Below are positions 48,976 to 58,743 of a stretch of 64,000 bases of DNA, one piece after another (within the stretch, counting starts at the first letter, position 1; every line of letters starts with the position of its first letter). The stretch is from NCBI GenBank assembly GCA_965199955.1, contig CBDATQ010000001.1, forward strand, positions 1,536,001-1,600,000, given 5' to 3'. The notes beneath the pieces were generated by a model. That model was not told where the DNA came from. It did no database searches and was given only the letters and a program-made list of their open reading frames with translations. This DNA comes from Spirochaetia bacterium (lineage in GTDB: Bacteria; Spirochaetota; Spirochaetia; SZUA-6; Bin103). The position numbers and the translations under genes were made by a program.

Positions 48976-50685
48976 TCACGTCATGTAGCCGGGTAACGCA
49001 GCCTCCTTGGGTGCGGGCTGGACGCCGGCCGCAACGGTGCGGTTGAGCGCGGAGATCAGCGCCAGGGCGGAGGCCTTGGCGATGTTCGGGTGGGTGCCTG
49101 CGCCGAACCGCTGCGTGCCGTCGGTGCGGACGAGCTGGATGTAGGCGATGGCGGTGGAGTCCGTGCCCTGGCCCAGGGCGTGCTCGGAGTAGTGGGTGAG
49201 CTTGAAGTCGTTCCAGCCGGCCGTGCCCAGCGCGCTCTTGAGCGCGTCGATGGGCCCGTTGCCGCTGCCGGTGAGCTCCCTCTCGTCGCCTTCGATCTCC
49301 ACCGTGAGGCGGCCGTTCATGCGTGAGCTGTCCTGAGGATCGCTGGAGATCGCGTAGTCGATGAAGCGGATCGGCTGATCGGCCTCAAGGTATTCCCGCC
49401 TGAAGGCCTCCCAGATCTCCGCCGCGTTGACCTCCCGGCCGGTGCGGTCGGTGATCTCCTGGACCACTTCGCCCACCTCGGGCTGCATGGTCTTGGGGAG
49501 TTGGCAGCCGAACTCGCTTTCCATCACGTAGGCCACGCCGCCCTTCCCGGACTGGGAGTTGATACGGATGATCGCCTGGTAGGAGCGGCCGATGTCGGTG
49601 GGGTCGATCGGCAGGTAGGGGACCTCCCACAGCCCCTCGCCCTGCGCGGTCATGCCCTTGTTGATCGCGTCCTGGTGCGAGCCCGAGAAGGCCGTGAACA
49701 CCAGCTCCCCGGCATACGGATGGCGGGGATGGATCGGCAGCTCGGTACAGGAATCGGAGATCTCGATCAGGCGGCCCAAGTCGCTCAGGTCCAGGCCGGG
49801 ATCGACGCCCTGCGTGTACAGGTTGAGGGCGACGGTGACGATGTCGACGTTTCCGGTCCGCTCGCCGTTGCCGAACAGGGTGCCTTCGACCCGCTCGCCG
49901 CCGGCCAGCATGGCCAGCTCGGTGGCGGCTACGCCCGTGCCTCGGTCGTTGTGGGTGTGCAGGCTGAGAATGATGCTGTCGCGGCGCTGCACGTTGCGCA
50001 GAAACCACTCGATCTGGTCCGCGTGCACGTTGGGGGTCGCCAGCTCCACGGTCGACGGCAGGTTGACGATCATGCGGTGCTCGGGGCTGGGATCCCACGC
50101 GTCGATGACGGCGTCGCACACCTCCACGGCGTAGTCCAGCTCGGTGCCGGTGAAGCTCTCCGGCGAGTACTCGTAGACGATGTCGGTGTCGGTGCGGTCG
50201 GCCAGCTCGCGGCACAGGCGGGTGCCGTCCACGGCGATCTGCCGGATTGCGGCGCGGTCCTTGCGGAACACCACGCGGCGCTGCAGCTCGGAGGTGGAGT
50301 TGTACAGGTGCACGATCGCTTGCGGCGTGCCCTCGATCGCCTGGAACGTGCGCCGGATCAGGTGGTCGCGCGCCTGTGTGAGCACCTGCGGGTAGACGCC
50401 CTCCGGGATCAGGTCGTTGTCGATCAGCGTGCGCGTGAAGTCGAACTCCACGGCGGCCGCGGACGGGAACCCCACCTCGATCTCCTTGAAGCCGATGTCG
50501 GTCAGCAGCGAGAACATGCTGAGCTTCTGCTCCAGGTTCATCGGGTTGATGAGCGCTTGGTTGCCGTCGCGGAGGTCGACGCTGCACCAGATCGGTGCGC
50601 GGTCGATGGTCCGGTTCGGCCAGGAGCGGTCCGGCAGATCGATCTGCGGGAACGGCCGGTATTTGTCGATGACGCCTCGTTGCAT
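48976..50685 (-). CDS. leuA: 2-isopropylmalate synthase
   Basis: WCSVDLRDGNQAL, YSPESF, HTHNDRG, GNGERTGNVD, SGSHQDAI, NSQSGKGG, GNGPI. Confidence 0.97.
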   Translation of the reverse strand: MQRGVIDKYRPFPQIDLPDRSWPNRTIDRAPIWCSVDLRDGNQALINPMNLEQKLSMFSLLTDIGFKEIEVGFPSAAAVEFDFTRTLIDNDLIPEGVYPQVLTQARDHLIRRTFQAIEGTPQAIVHLYNSTSELQRRVVFRKDRAAIRQIAVDGTRLCRELADRTDTDIVYEYSPESFTGTELDYAVEVCDAVIDAWDPSPEHRMIVNLPSTVELATPNVHADQIEWFLRNVQRRDSIILSLHTHNDRGTGVAATELAMLAGGERVEGTLFGNGERTGNVDIVTVALNLYTQGVDPGLDLSDLGRLIEISDSCTELPIHPRHPYAGELVFTAFSGSHQDAINKGMTAQGEGLWEVPYLPIDPTDIGRSYQAIIRINSQSGKGGVAYVMESEFGCQLPKTMQPEVGEVVQEITDRTGREVNAAEIWEAFRREYLEADQPIRFIDYAISSDPQDSSRMNGRLTVEIEGDERELTGSGNGPIDALKSALGTAGWNDFKLTHYSEHALGQGTDSTAIAYIQLVRTDGTQRFGAGTHPNIAKASALALISALNRTVAAGVQPAPKEAALPGYMT

Positions 50686-50723
50686 GGTTCTCTCCTTGTT
50701 CCTTGAGGGCTTCTGGAGGCTCG

Positions 50724-50777
50724 AAAAAAAAGCCCAGGCTCTCTTCGGTCGATCGCGTCGACCGGAAAGCCTGGGCT
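50724..50777 (-). terminator. Intrinsic terminator of the leu attenuator
   Basis: On the minus strand, stem AGCCCAGGCT...AGCCTGGGCT with an inner CGGTCGA/TCGACCG stem, followed by a T run. Confidence 0.92.
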
Positions 50778-50797
50778 GCTTCGTGCCGCTCGGTGCG

Positions 50798-50899
50798 CTA
50801 CATGCGCGCTCCCGCGTGGCGTCGGTCAACCCAGGCGGTAAGGCCCAGGAGGCCGGGGAGAAGAGCGAGTAGCGTCGGCAGCAGCGCGCGCGTGTTCAT
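50798..50899 (-). CDS. Leucine attenuator leader peptide (33 aa)
   Basis: MNTRALLPTLLALLPGLLGLTAWVDRRHAGARM has 9 Leu codons including CTA. It contains GCCTGGGTTG, which can pair with the terminator 5' arm. Confidence 0.88.
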   Translation of the reverse strand: MNTRALLPTLLALLPGLLGLTAWVDRRHAGARM

Positions 50900-50964
50900 A
50901 GCGTTGTTACCCTTAATCTACGGCATCCGCGCCGCGGTACGCAAGCACCCTGCGGCGGCGAGCG

Positions 50965-51306
50965 CTACGCGGCGCCTTCACCCGCCTTGTCGGCCGGCTG
51001 GTTGCGGGCGCCCCAGAACAACCCTTCGATGATCCCCTCGACCTTCGACAGCCGGTCGCCGAGGTTGACGATCCGGGCGGTGAGCTCCTTGAAGCCGGCC
51101 TGCATCTCGTCCCGCAGTCCGGCTTCGAGGCCCTTCATGTCGTCGCGGACCTCGTTGCGCAGGTCACGAACGTCGTTACGCACGTCGTGAACCTCGTTAC
51201 GCACGTCGCGCACCTCCTGCCGAACGCCTCGGATCGAGGCGAGCACGGCGGTGCCGAGGGCAATTGTCGCTGCGATGATGGCTATCAACTCTGCGTTCAC
51301 GTACAC
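50965..51306 (-). CDS. Small membrane-anchored coiled-coil protein with 7-aa repeats
   Basis: N-terminal TM, then EVRDVRN/EVHDVRN/DVRDLRN/EVRDDMK, and RLSKVEG. Confidence 0.72.
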   Translation of the reverse strand: MYVNAELIAIIAATIALGTAVLASIRGVRQEVRDVRNEVHDVRNDVRDLRNEVRDDMKGLEAGLRDEMQAGFKELTARIVNLGDRLSKVEGIIEGLFWGARNQPADKAGEGAA

Positions 51307-51510
51307 CTCTCCGGCGCCTCCCGCTCCCTGACGGAATCGTACCGGTCGGTGGGCCGTATGTCACCGCGCCGGCATGGTCCATAGGAGCCAAGAGACCTAT
51401 GTATCGTTTAACCGCACGCGACTCGCTGCCGCTTCATCGCGGGCCGTTGTGGCGCGGCGCTGAGTGACCAAGGGCTTGATTCGTCCGCGTCGGGCTGCGA
51501 ACGTGCCCGC

Positions 51511-52182
51511 ATGCGGGTGCTTCTGAGCCCGGGCGAGAGCGAGTTGGCGAGGGCTCTGCGCGGCGGGCTGACCGGTCACGAGGCGGTGCTCGATGTCGAT
51601 CCGGAGATCGATGCGGAGTCGAGCGTCCGCATGGTGGGTGCCGGGTTCGACGCGGTCGTGCGAGTGGGGCTGCCGGACGGGGACTCGGATGAACCGGACG
51701 ATGCGTCTGACGTGCTGGATCGTGCGACGCGCCTGGTCTATGATCTGCTGAACGCCGCGGCCGAGTCCGGGGTGGGGCGCTGCGTATACCTGAGCTCGCT
51801 GCGGCTGCTGGCCGGCTACGGCGAGCAGCATACTGTCACCGAAGGGTGGCAGCCGCTGCCGCCGTCCGGCGATCCCGCGCTGATCGGTTGCCACCTCGGC
51901 GAGCAGATCGCCCTCGAGTTCGCCCGGGAGCGGCGTCTGGAGGTGGTGACGGTGCGGCTCGGCTTCCCGGTCGTGGCCGGCTCGCGCAGCGCGCTCCGCG
52001 ACGCGCACGGCGACGCTGCCATCTGCGCCGACGACGTGGCGGCCGTGGTGTCGGCGGCGCTCACCGCGCCGGTCACTCAGGCCTGCACCGTCGTGCACGC
52101 CCAGTCGCCGGTCGCGAACGCCCGCTACCTGATGCGCCAGGCCGCGGAGTTCCTGGGATACCCGGAGGAGGCGCCCGCGTGA
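51511..52182 (+). CDS. Degenerate NAD-dependent epimerase/dehydratase-fold protein
   Basis: YDLLNAA..GV.RCVYLSS and VTVRLG present; lacks GxxG and YxxxK. Confidence 0.7.
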   Translation: MRVLLSPGESELARALRGGLTGHEAVLDVDPEIDAESSVRMVGAGFDAVVRVGLPDGDSDEPDDASDVLDRATRLVYDLLNAAAESGVGRCVYLSSLRLLAGYGEQHTVTEGWQPLPPSGDPALIGCHLGEQIALEFARERRLEVVTVRLGFPVVAGSRSALRDAHGDAAICADDVAAVVSAALTAPVTQACTVVHAQSPVANARYLMRQAAEFLGYPEEAPA

Positions 52183-52946
52183 AGGTGCTGATCGTCGGCG
52201 GCAACGGATCGATGGGGCCGCGCACGGTCGCCGCCCTGCAAGGCCGGCACGAGTTGCGCGTGACCGACATCAAGGCGCCGCCGCCGGGCTTCGCCCACGA
52301 GTACCGTCGGCTGGACGCCGGCGACCACGACGGCGTGATCGCCGCGGCCGAGGGCATGGACGCGATCATCAACCTGTCGGTGTCGCGCTGGGACCGGCGC
52401 GGCGCCTGGGACGTCAACGTGCGCGGCAACTACAATGTGGCCGCCGCCGCTGTCCGGCACGGCATCCGCACCATCGTCAACACCGGCCCGTATTATCAGG
52501 TCGCCGGTCCGTCGTACGACGAGTTCGACTTCGGGCTGCACCCGGACATGCCGCCGCAGCCGGGGACGCTCCTGTACGCGCTCACCAAGGCGCTCGGCCA
52601 CGAGGTGCTGCGCGTGTTCAGCGAGCAGCACGACCTGTACGTGCAGACGCTCCTGTTCTACCTGATGCGCCACCCGACCAAGGCGGGCAGGCTCGACGAC
52701 CACGAGAAGGGGGGCGTGGGCCAGGACATGATCCCGCCCTACATCGTCGCCTGGCCCGACACGGGGCTGGCGGTACGGGCCGCGCTGGAGGTCGACCACG
52801 CGCGGCTGCCCTCGCGGTGCGAGACCTATTTCGTGTTCCCGACGATCCCGCACGGCAAGTACCGCAACGACAAACTGACCCGCGTCCTGGACTGGGAGCC
52901 GCCGCACCGGCTGGAGCACCTCTGGATGCGGCGCATGGACCGCTGA
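52179..52946 (+). CDS. NAD(P)-dependent oxidoreductase (extended SDR, uronate dehydrogenase-like)
   Basis: GGNGSMG, LRVTD, VNVRGNYNV, YALTK. Confidence 0.82.
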   Translation: MKVLIVGGNGSMGPRTVAALQGRHELRVTDIKAPPPGFAHEYRRLDAGDHDGVIAAAEGMDAIINLSVSRWDRRGAWDVNVRGNYNVAAAAVRHGIRTIVNTGPYYQVAGPSYDEFDFGLHPDMPPQPGTLLYALTKALGHEVLRVFSEQHDLYVQTLLFYLMRHPTKAGRLDDHEKGGVGQDMIPPYIVAWPDTGLAVRAALEVDHARLPSRCETYFVFPTIPHGKYRNDKLTRVLDWEPPHRLEHLWMRRMDR

Positions 52947-52965
52947 CACAGCGAAGGATAAACGT

Positions 52966-54039
52966 ATGTACGTCTACACGGGAAGCTTCACCGACATGGA
53001 TCTGGCCGATCACGGCGCCGGCGGGGGCATCTACCGCTTCGAGCTCGACACGGACAGCGGCGCGTTGTCCGGCATGCAGCTCGCGGCGGAGGCGCCCAAC
53101 CCCAACTTCGTGCTCTTCAGCCGCGACGGCACGCGGCTGTATTCGGTCGTGGAGGCCGAATTCGTCAGCGATCCGAGCGGCACCGCGGTTCGCCTGTACG
53201 ACGTGGATCGCGCGACCGGGGCGCTGACACTGCGATCGTCCGCGGGATTCGGCATCACCGGGCCGTGCCACATGAGCATGGATCCCGAGGAGCGCGCGGT
53301 TTTCGTCGGCTGCTACACCGGCGGCGGCGCCGTCATGGTGCCGCTCGGCGCCGGGGGCGACCTTGGCGACCCGGTGGAGGTGCGGCACGAGGGATCGAGC
53401 GTCAACCCGGAGCGGCAGGAGGCGCCGCACCCCCACTCCGCGAACGTCACCGCCGACGGCCGCTTCCTGCACGTGCCCGACCTGGGCATCGACCGCGTGG
53501 TCACCTACCGCGTCGAGCATGGCCCCGCGCGCCTGACGCGGGCCTCGGACGCGGCGTCGGCCCCCGGAGCCGGCCCGCGCCACATGACGTTCACGCCGGA
53601 CGGCGCGTTCGCCTACGTGATGGGGGAGATGGCCTCCACGATCATGGCGTTCCGCTGCGAGAGCGACGGAGGGCTCACCCATCTGCAGACCCTCTCGTCG
53701 CTGCCGGCCGGCTTCTCGGGCGAGAACTCGACCGCGGACGTGCGCATGCACCCGCGCGGCCATGTCGTGTACTGCTCCAACCGCGGCCACGACTCGATCG
53801 CCGTGTTCTCGATCAACGGGCAAACCGGCGAGCTCTCCCAACTCGGGCATGTGCCCACCGGCGGCCAGACGCCGCGCGGCTTCAACGTGGACGCCTCCGG
53901 CACTTGGCTGCTGGCCGCCAACGAGCAGAGCGAGACCGTGTTCAGCTTCCGCGTCGACGGCGAGAACGGCATGCCAGTCCCCACCGGCTCGTCGATCGAG
54001 GTGCCGCGCCCGACCAGCGTCGCGTTCTCCCCGGCCTGA
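52966..54039 (+). CDS. pgl: Lactonase (6-phosphogluconolactonase beta-propeller family)
   Basis: GPCH, RQEAPHPH, PDLGID, GAGPRH, SNRGHDSI, TPRGF. Confidence 0.92.
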   Translation: MYVYTGSFTDMDLADHGAGGGIYRFELDTDSGALSGMQLAAEAPNPNFVLFSRDGTRLYSVVEAEFVSDPSGTAVRLYDVDRATGALTLRSSAGFGITGPCHMSMDPEERAVFVGCYTGGGAVMVPLGAGGDLGDPVEVRHEGSSVNPERQEAPHPHSANVTADGRFLHVPDLGIDRVVTYRVEHGPARLTRASDAASAPGAGPRHMTFTPDGAFAYVMGEMASTIMAFRCESDGGLTHLQTLSSLPAGFSGENSTADVRMHPRGHVVYCSNRGHDSIAVFSINGQTGELSQLGHVPTGGQTPRGFNVDASGTWLLAANEQSETVFSFRVDGENGMPVPTGSSIEVPRPTSVAFSPA

Positions 54040-54071
54040 CGGCGAGCCCTCCGGCACGCGTCGGCTCGGGA

Positions 54072-54286
54072 TCAGGCGAGCATCAAGCGCTCGCCTTTCG
54101 GCTTCGGGACCGGTTCGCCGAACTCACGTGCCGTATCGATCCAGAGCTGTATCGCCTCCTTCACCTGCCTGAGCGCTGCCTCCTGGCTGTCGCCGTGCGC
54201 CATGCACCCCGGCAACTCCGGCACCTCGGCGACGAAGGTCTGGTCCTGGTTGCTCCAATAGGATGATTTCATACTTGTGAATCACT
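54072..54286 (-). pseudogene. hicB: HicB antitoxin, frameshift near the start
   Basis: HKYEII / YWSNQDQTFVAEVPELPGCMAHGDSQEAAL...PKPKGERL. Confidence 0.8.
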
Positions 54287-54480
54287 CGTCCCTCCCAACT
54301 GATATTTCAGGATCACGCGGCGTATCTGCCGCACCTGGTAAGGCTTGACGTTCGCGCCGTCCCGCTGCAGGCGGTTGCGCGCAGCTCGGTCTCCATCCGC
54401 CCGAACAGTCCGAGTTCCGCATCTCCGGGAGGCAGGACGAGGCGCGCGTGCGCCATGCGGGCGAGCTTCTGGGCAAGTTC
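54282..54480 (-). pseudogene. HicA-type toxin remnant
   Basis: C-terminal LQRDGANVKPYQVRQIRRVILKYQL lies immediately upstream of hicB; the 5' part is scrambled. Confidence 0.6.
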
Positions 54481-54505
54481 ACCGAACGCGTGGAGCGACA
54501 GCGAC

Positions 54506-54820
54506 TCAGAGCACGTACGACATGGCCGCCCCCAGGATCACGACCAGCGCCACGGTGACGCTGCTGATCACGACGGAGGTCCCGTAGGCTATGCCTACGT
54601 TGAAATGCGGGGTATCGAGATTGCGGGCGATGTTGTCCAGCGTCAGGCGGGCGAACGGGATGCCCAGCGGGCTGGCAAAGATGTCGTCGCGCGTCTTGAA
54701 CACGTTGACGATGGCGATGTAGAAGGGCACCAGAAAGACGCCGCCGGTTACGAGCAGGAAGCCGTGCCGGGCGACCGAAGGCAGATCGCGAAACCCGCGC
54801 CTCGTGAAGTTCTCGCGCAC
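54506..54820 (-). pseudogene. Carbohydrate ABC permease, N-terminal fragment
   Basis: LVPFYIAIVNVFKT..DIF..P...TLDN...TSVVIS...AAMSYVL, then truncated. Confidence 0.75.
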
Positions 54821-54839
54821 CTACGTCAGGCTCCGGCGG

Positions 54840-55997
54840 TCAGACCGTCACCTTCGCAAGCCAGTCGTCGTCGAGGTCGATGCCGAAGCCGGGTGCGTCG
54901 CGCGGGACCAGGTAGCCGTCCTCGATGACCGGGGTGCCGGGAAGTGCCACGGTCTCCGCCAGCGGCACGCCGGGCGATGATACTCCGCTGGAGCGCTCGC
55001 CCCAGGTCACCGCTGGCATGGCCATGGCCAGGTGCTGGCCGTACGGGGTGTTCATGCCGCCGTGCGGGGCGACGGCGATGCCGGCAGCCTCCGCGATGTG
55101 GCAGATGCGCACGCACGCGGAGATCCCGCCGGCCCACTGCAGGTCGGGCTGGAAGTAGTCGACCAGCCGCCGCCCGGCGGCCTCCATGAACGGCCGGGCC
55201 AGATACCAGTGCTCGCCAGTGGCCAGGCTCTGCCCGGGCAGCCGCCGCCGCACCTCGGCGAAGCCGGCCATGTCGTCCGGCAGCAGGTAGTCCTCGATCC
55301 AGCGCAGCCGGTACGGGCGCAGCGCCTCGCCGAGCCGCACGGTGTACTCGACGTCCAGCGCCATCCAGCAGTCGAGCATGAGCTCCGCGTCGGGACCGAC
55401 GGTGTCGCGCGCCGCGGCCACCATCTCCTCGGTGCGGTGAATGCCCTCGGTGCCGTCCTCCGGCCCGTACGGGTTGGGCAGCTTGAACCCGCGGAAGCCT
55501 AGCTCCCGGTACCACTCCAGGTCGAAGCCGGTGGCGTAGCAGGGGATCCGCTCCTTCTGCGGGCCGCCGAGCAGCGCGTACACCGGCACCCCCAGGCGCT
55601 TGCCCTTGGCGTCCCACAGCGCCAGGTCCACGGCGCTGATCGCGTGCGCGGTCAGGCCGCCTCCGCCATAGGCGGCGCTGATGCGGACCATCACGTCATA
55701 AAGCTTCCCGGTGGCGGTCACCGGCTCGCCGACTAGGTGGTCGCGGAAGTGGTCGTTGATGATCGAGGCGACCGGCCCGGCGAATCCGCAGAGGCCCAGG
55801 CCGACGGTGCCGTCGTCGAGCGTCGCCAGGCACGCGCACTGCTTCCAGCCCGGACTGGCCTTGGTGCGGGCGCCGCGATAGCGCGCGTAGCGCTCGGTGG
55901 GAGCGGCCGGCTGGCGGCCGCGGCGCTGGTACGGGCCGGACCGCTTGATGCCCCGGCCCAGATCGACCGCGAACGCGCGCACGTCCTTGATCGTCAC
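54840..55997 (-). CDS. Enolase-superfamily dehydratase (L-rhamnonate dehydratase-like)
   Basis: AISAVDLALWD, CYATG, LMLDCWM, ATGEH, QPDLQWAGG. Confidence 0.88.
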   Translation of the reverse strand: MTIKDVRAFAVDLGRGIKRSGPYQRRGRQPAAPTERYARYRGARTKASPGWKQCACLATLDDGTVGLGLCGFAGPVASIINDHFRDHLVGEPVTATGKLYDVMVRISAAYGGGGLTAHAISAVDLALWDAKGKRLGVPVYALLGGPQKERIPCYATGFDLEWYRELGFRGFKLPNPYGPEDGTEGIHRTEEMVAAARDTVGPDAELMLDCWMALDVEYTVRLGEALRPYRLRWIEDYLLPDDMAGFAEVRRRLPGQSLATGEHWYLARPFMEAAGRRLVDYFQPDLQWAGGISACVRICHIAEAAGIAVAPHGGMNTPYGQHLAMAMPAVTWGERSSGVSSPGVPLAETVALPGTPVIEDGYLVPRDAPGFGIDLDDDWLAKVTV

Positions 55998-56002
55998 GGG
56001 CG

Positions 56003-57214
56003 CTATGCCACCAGGCCGGGCAGCAGGCGCTCGTACACGCCGAACGCCTCGCCTTCGGTCTCCTCGGGATCGGCCATCTTCATGAACGAGGCGCTGCCCG
56101 GATCGGCACCGCCCGCGAAGTGCCCGTGGCTCTCGAACGCCGGCTGGTCGGTGCCGTGCCAGACCACCTCGCGGTCGCGCAGCACCACCATCTCGCCTGC
56201 ATAGCGGTCGACCAGGCGCTCGCGCTCGTCGCGGTAGAACAGCGCCTGCTCGCAGGCGGTGCGGCGGATGCTGGCCACGATCGGCGGCGGGTCCTGCACG
56301 TCCGAGTCGAACTGCGCCAGCGGCGGCTGCAGGTCGGTCCGGAAGTCGATCTTGTCCAGGTCGACGGTCCCGTAGCCGCGCTCGGCCGCCACCAGCAGGT
56401 GGTTGCGGTCGCGGCGGAACGGCGGCGCCGGCCAGTCGCTTGTGGGATCGTGGCCCATCAGGTGGGCCACGCACGCGTCGGTGGCCGTGGTCTGGTCGCC
56501 GGCGATCAGCGCGTCGGGCACCACCGGGCGGCCGCCCCACTCGCTGCCCTGCTGGCCGACTAGAGCGTCGACGATGTTCAGGCAGGGGTCGGTGATCATG
56601 GCCAGGTCCGGCAGCACGTAGGACAGCCGGATGGCGTGGTGGAAGTAGTGGCGGACGCGCCCCTCCGGGCGGTTCGGCGGCGGCAGTCCGAACAGGTTCT
56701 TCATGCACAGGGTGACGCCCATGAACACGTGGTTCTTCATCTTGGCGACCGACACGAACTCGTCCGACTCGCCGATGCAGGAGGTCAGCAGGTAGCGGTC
56801 GAACATGTTGCCGCCCCCGGGCACGTCGTACAGGCGCTGCGGAGGCTGCGAGGCGTCGACCACCTCGACCCCGAACTCGCGCAGCACCTCGGCCGACTCG
56901 AAGTTGGAAGGAATGGTCTTGGAGGCCGTGTGCACGCAGGTGTCGGCGGCGGTCAGGGTCGCGTTGGTGCGGGCGCGCAGCAGGCGCAGCACGGCGCGCA
57001 TCACCTCCTCGTCCACCAACTCCTGGCGCCGGCCGTGATGGCGGGCGGTGTCGGGGTGCATCATGTTGAACTTGATGACGATGCGGCGCGCCCGCTCCAG
57101 CCGCTCCCAGGAGCGTGTCAGCGGCTCGGTGATGCGCTGTAGCGTCCGGTAGATCTCGTCCGCCGAGGCGCGGTGGTCGCAGCGCTCGGCGCGCACGGTG
57201 TATCGCTTGCTCAT
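56003..57214 (-). CDS. DUF362 domain protein
   Basis: IKFN, SVAKMKNH..GVTLCMKNLFG, NIVDA, D...A.LMG.DP. Confidence 0.85.
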   Translation of the reverse strand: MSKRYTVRAERCDHRASADEIYRTLQRITEPLTRSWERLERARRIVIKFNMMHPDTARHHGRRQELVDEEVMRAVLRLLRARTNATLTAADTCVHTASKTIPSNFESAEVLREFGVEVVDASQPPQRLYDVPGGGNMFDRYLLTSCIGESDEFVSVAKMKNHVFMGVTLCMKNLFGLPPPNRPEGRVRHYFHHAIRLSYVLPDLAMITDPCLNIVDALVGQQGSEWGGRPVVPDALIAGDQTTATDACVAHLMGHDPTSDWPAPPFRRDRNHLLVAAERGYGTVDLDKIDFRTDLQPPLAQFDSDVQDPPPIVASIRRTACEQALFYRDERERLVDRYAGEMVVLRDREVVWHGTDQPAFESHGHFAGGADPGSASFMKMADPEETEGEAFGVYERLLPGLVA

Positions 57215-57245
57215 CGTCTCTCCTTCAGCCCTCCGACAGCTTACC

Positions 57246-58652
57246 CTATGCGACCTGGCGGGCGGCGGCCGGGTCCCGGTCGGGATCAGGGGGGCGAGAC
57301 GGCCCGTGGGGCTGCATGGGGCGGGCGAGCTGCCGCTCCACGGCCAGGTAGCCGGCCCCCGCGTAGACCAGGTTCGCCACGATCACCGACAGCCAGACGA
57401 CGCCGACCGGCGCTCCCAGCACGTCGGCCAGCAGGATCGCTGCGGCCGACAGGACCGTCAGCCGCAGCGCCGCGATCGCCGCGCCGCGCCACGACCGGCG
57501 CAGCCCCTGAAAGCTCATGATCACCACCATCCCGGCGCCCATCACCCCGTAGGTGAGCGGGACGCTGCGCAGGTAGCTGGTCGCGTAGCCGATCACGACC
57601 GGATCGTCGGTGAAGGTGCGGGCGATCGGCCCGGCGAAGGCCACCGCCAGGATGCCCAGCCCGCTGCCGAACGACAGCGCGAACACCAGCGCGGTGCGGT
57701 ACGACCGGCGCGCGCGCTCTGGGTTGCCGGCCCCCATGTTCTGGCCGATCAGCGCCAGGCCGGCCACACCGAAGCCGATCGCCGGCAGGAACGAGAAGAC
57801 CTCGGCTCGCAGGCCCACCGACACCGCGACCGCCCCCTGGTCCCCGAAGGCGCGCGACACCATGGCGGTCAGCACCGCCATCGCCAGGGGCCCCATCATG
57901 CTGGTGAGCGAGGCCGGGAAGCCGATCGACAGCACTCGCGTCACCGATTCGGCGCGGATCACCAGCCGGCGGAACCTGAAGCGGACCATCATGTCGCGTG
58001 TGGCCAGCAGCGTGATCCCGGACACCAGCAGCACGACCTGCGAGATGACGGTGGCGATGGCGGCGCCGCGCACGCCCAGCCGCGGGAACCCCAGCCAGCC
58101 GAAGATCAGGAGTGGGTCGAGCACGATGTTCAGCCCCGTGGAGATGGCGAACAGCATGGTGACGGTGGTGTTGTCGCCCTGCGAGTTGAAGCCGAACATG
58201 GCCGCGAAGAACAGGAAGATCAGCACCATCGCCGAGCCGGTGATGGTCAGGTAGTCCCGGGCCAGCGGAAAGATCGCGTCGGTGGCGCCGACCGCGCGCA
58301 GGATCGGCGTGCGCAGCGCCAGCACCAGCGTGGTCAGGACCACCGCGGCGATGAAGTTGAGCACGAACGACTGCCCCAGGATGCGCTCCGCCTCGTCGAT
58401 GTTGCGGGCGCCGATGCTCATCGCCATCAGCACGCCGGAGCCCACCGTGATGCCGATCGTCAGCGATACCGACGCGAACAGCGCGATCTGCGACATGTTC
58501 ACGGCGGCCAGCGCCTCGTCGGCAAGCTGACTGACCCAGAACGCGTCGACCGCCTGGTACAGGGTCTGGAAGAAGATCGACAGCATCACCGGCCAGGCGA
58601 GCGCCCAGGTGTGGGCCGGGATCGCCCCGGCGGTCAGGTCTCGGCCGCGCAT
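57246..58652 (-). CDS. MATE-family efflux transporter
   Basis: LAWPVML..FQTLYQAVDAFWV, NIVLDPLLIFG, GVRGAAIAT, GQNMGAG. Confidence 0.92.
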   Translation of the reverse strand: MRGRDLTAGAIPAHTWALAWPVMLSIFFQTLYQAVDAFWVSQLADEALAAVNMSQIALFASVSLTIGITVGSGVLMAMSIGARNIDEAERILGQSFVLNFIAAVVLTTLVLALRTPILRAVGATDAIFPLARDYLTITGSAMVLIFLFFAAMFGFNSQGDNTTVTMLFAISTGLNIVLDPLLIFGWLGFPRLGVRGAAIATVISQVVLLVSGITLLATRDMMVRFRFRRLVIRAESVTRVLSIGFPASLTSMMGPLAMAVLTAMVSRAFGDQGAVAVSVGLRAEVFSFLPAIGFGVAGLALIGQNMGAGNPERARRSYRTALVFALSFGSGLGILAVAFAGPIARTFTDDPVVIGYATSYLRSVPLTYGVMGAGMVVIMSFQGLRRSWRGAAIAALRLTVLSAAAILLADVLGAPVGVVWLSVIVANLVYAGAGYLAVERQLARPMQPHGPSRPPDPDRDPAAARQVA

Positions 58653-58743
58653 CGGCGGCGCACTATATCACCCGGTGGATGGCAGCGGTCAGCCGCCGGC
58701 GATCGGGTTGTCGCAGCTCCGGTACCCGCATAGGATCCGTTCG

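Noticed and set aside
50686..50829. N-terminal extension of LeuA
   Set aside because: It runs through the attenuator hairpin; the RBS-preceded ATG at 50685 fits LeuA.
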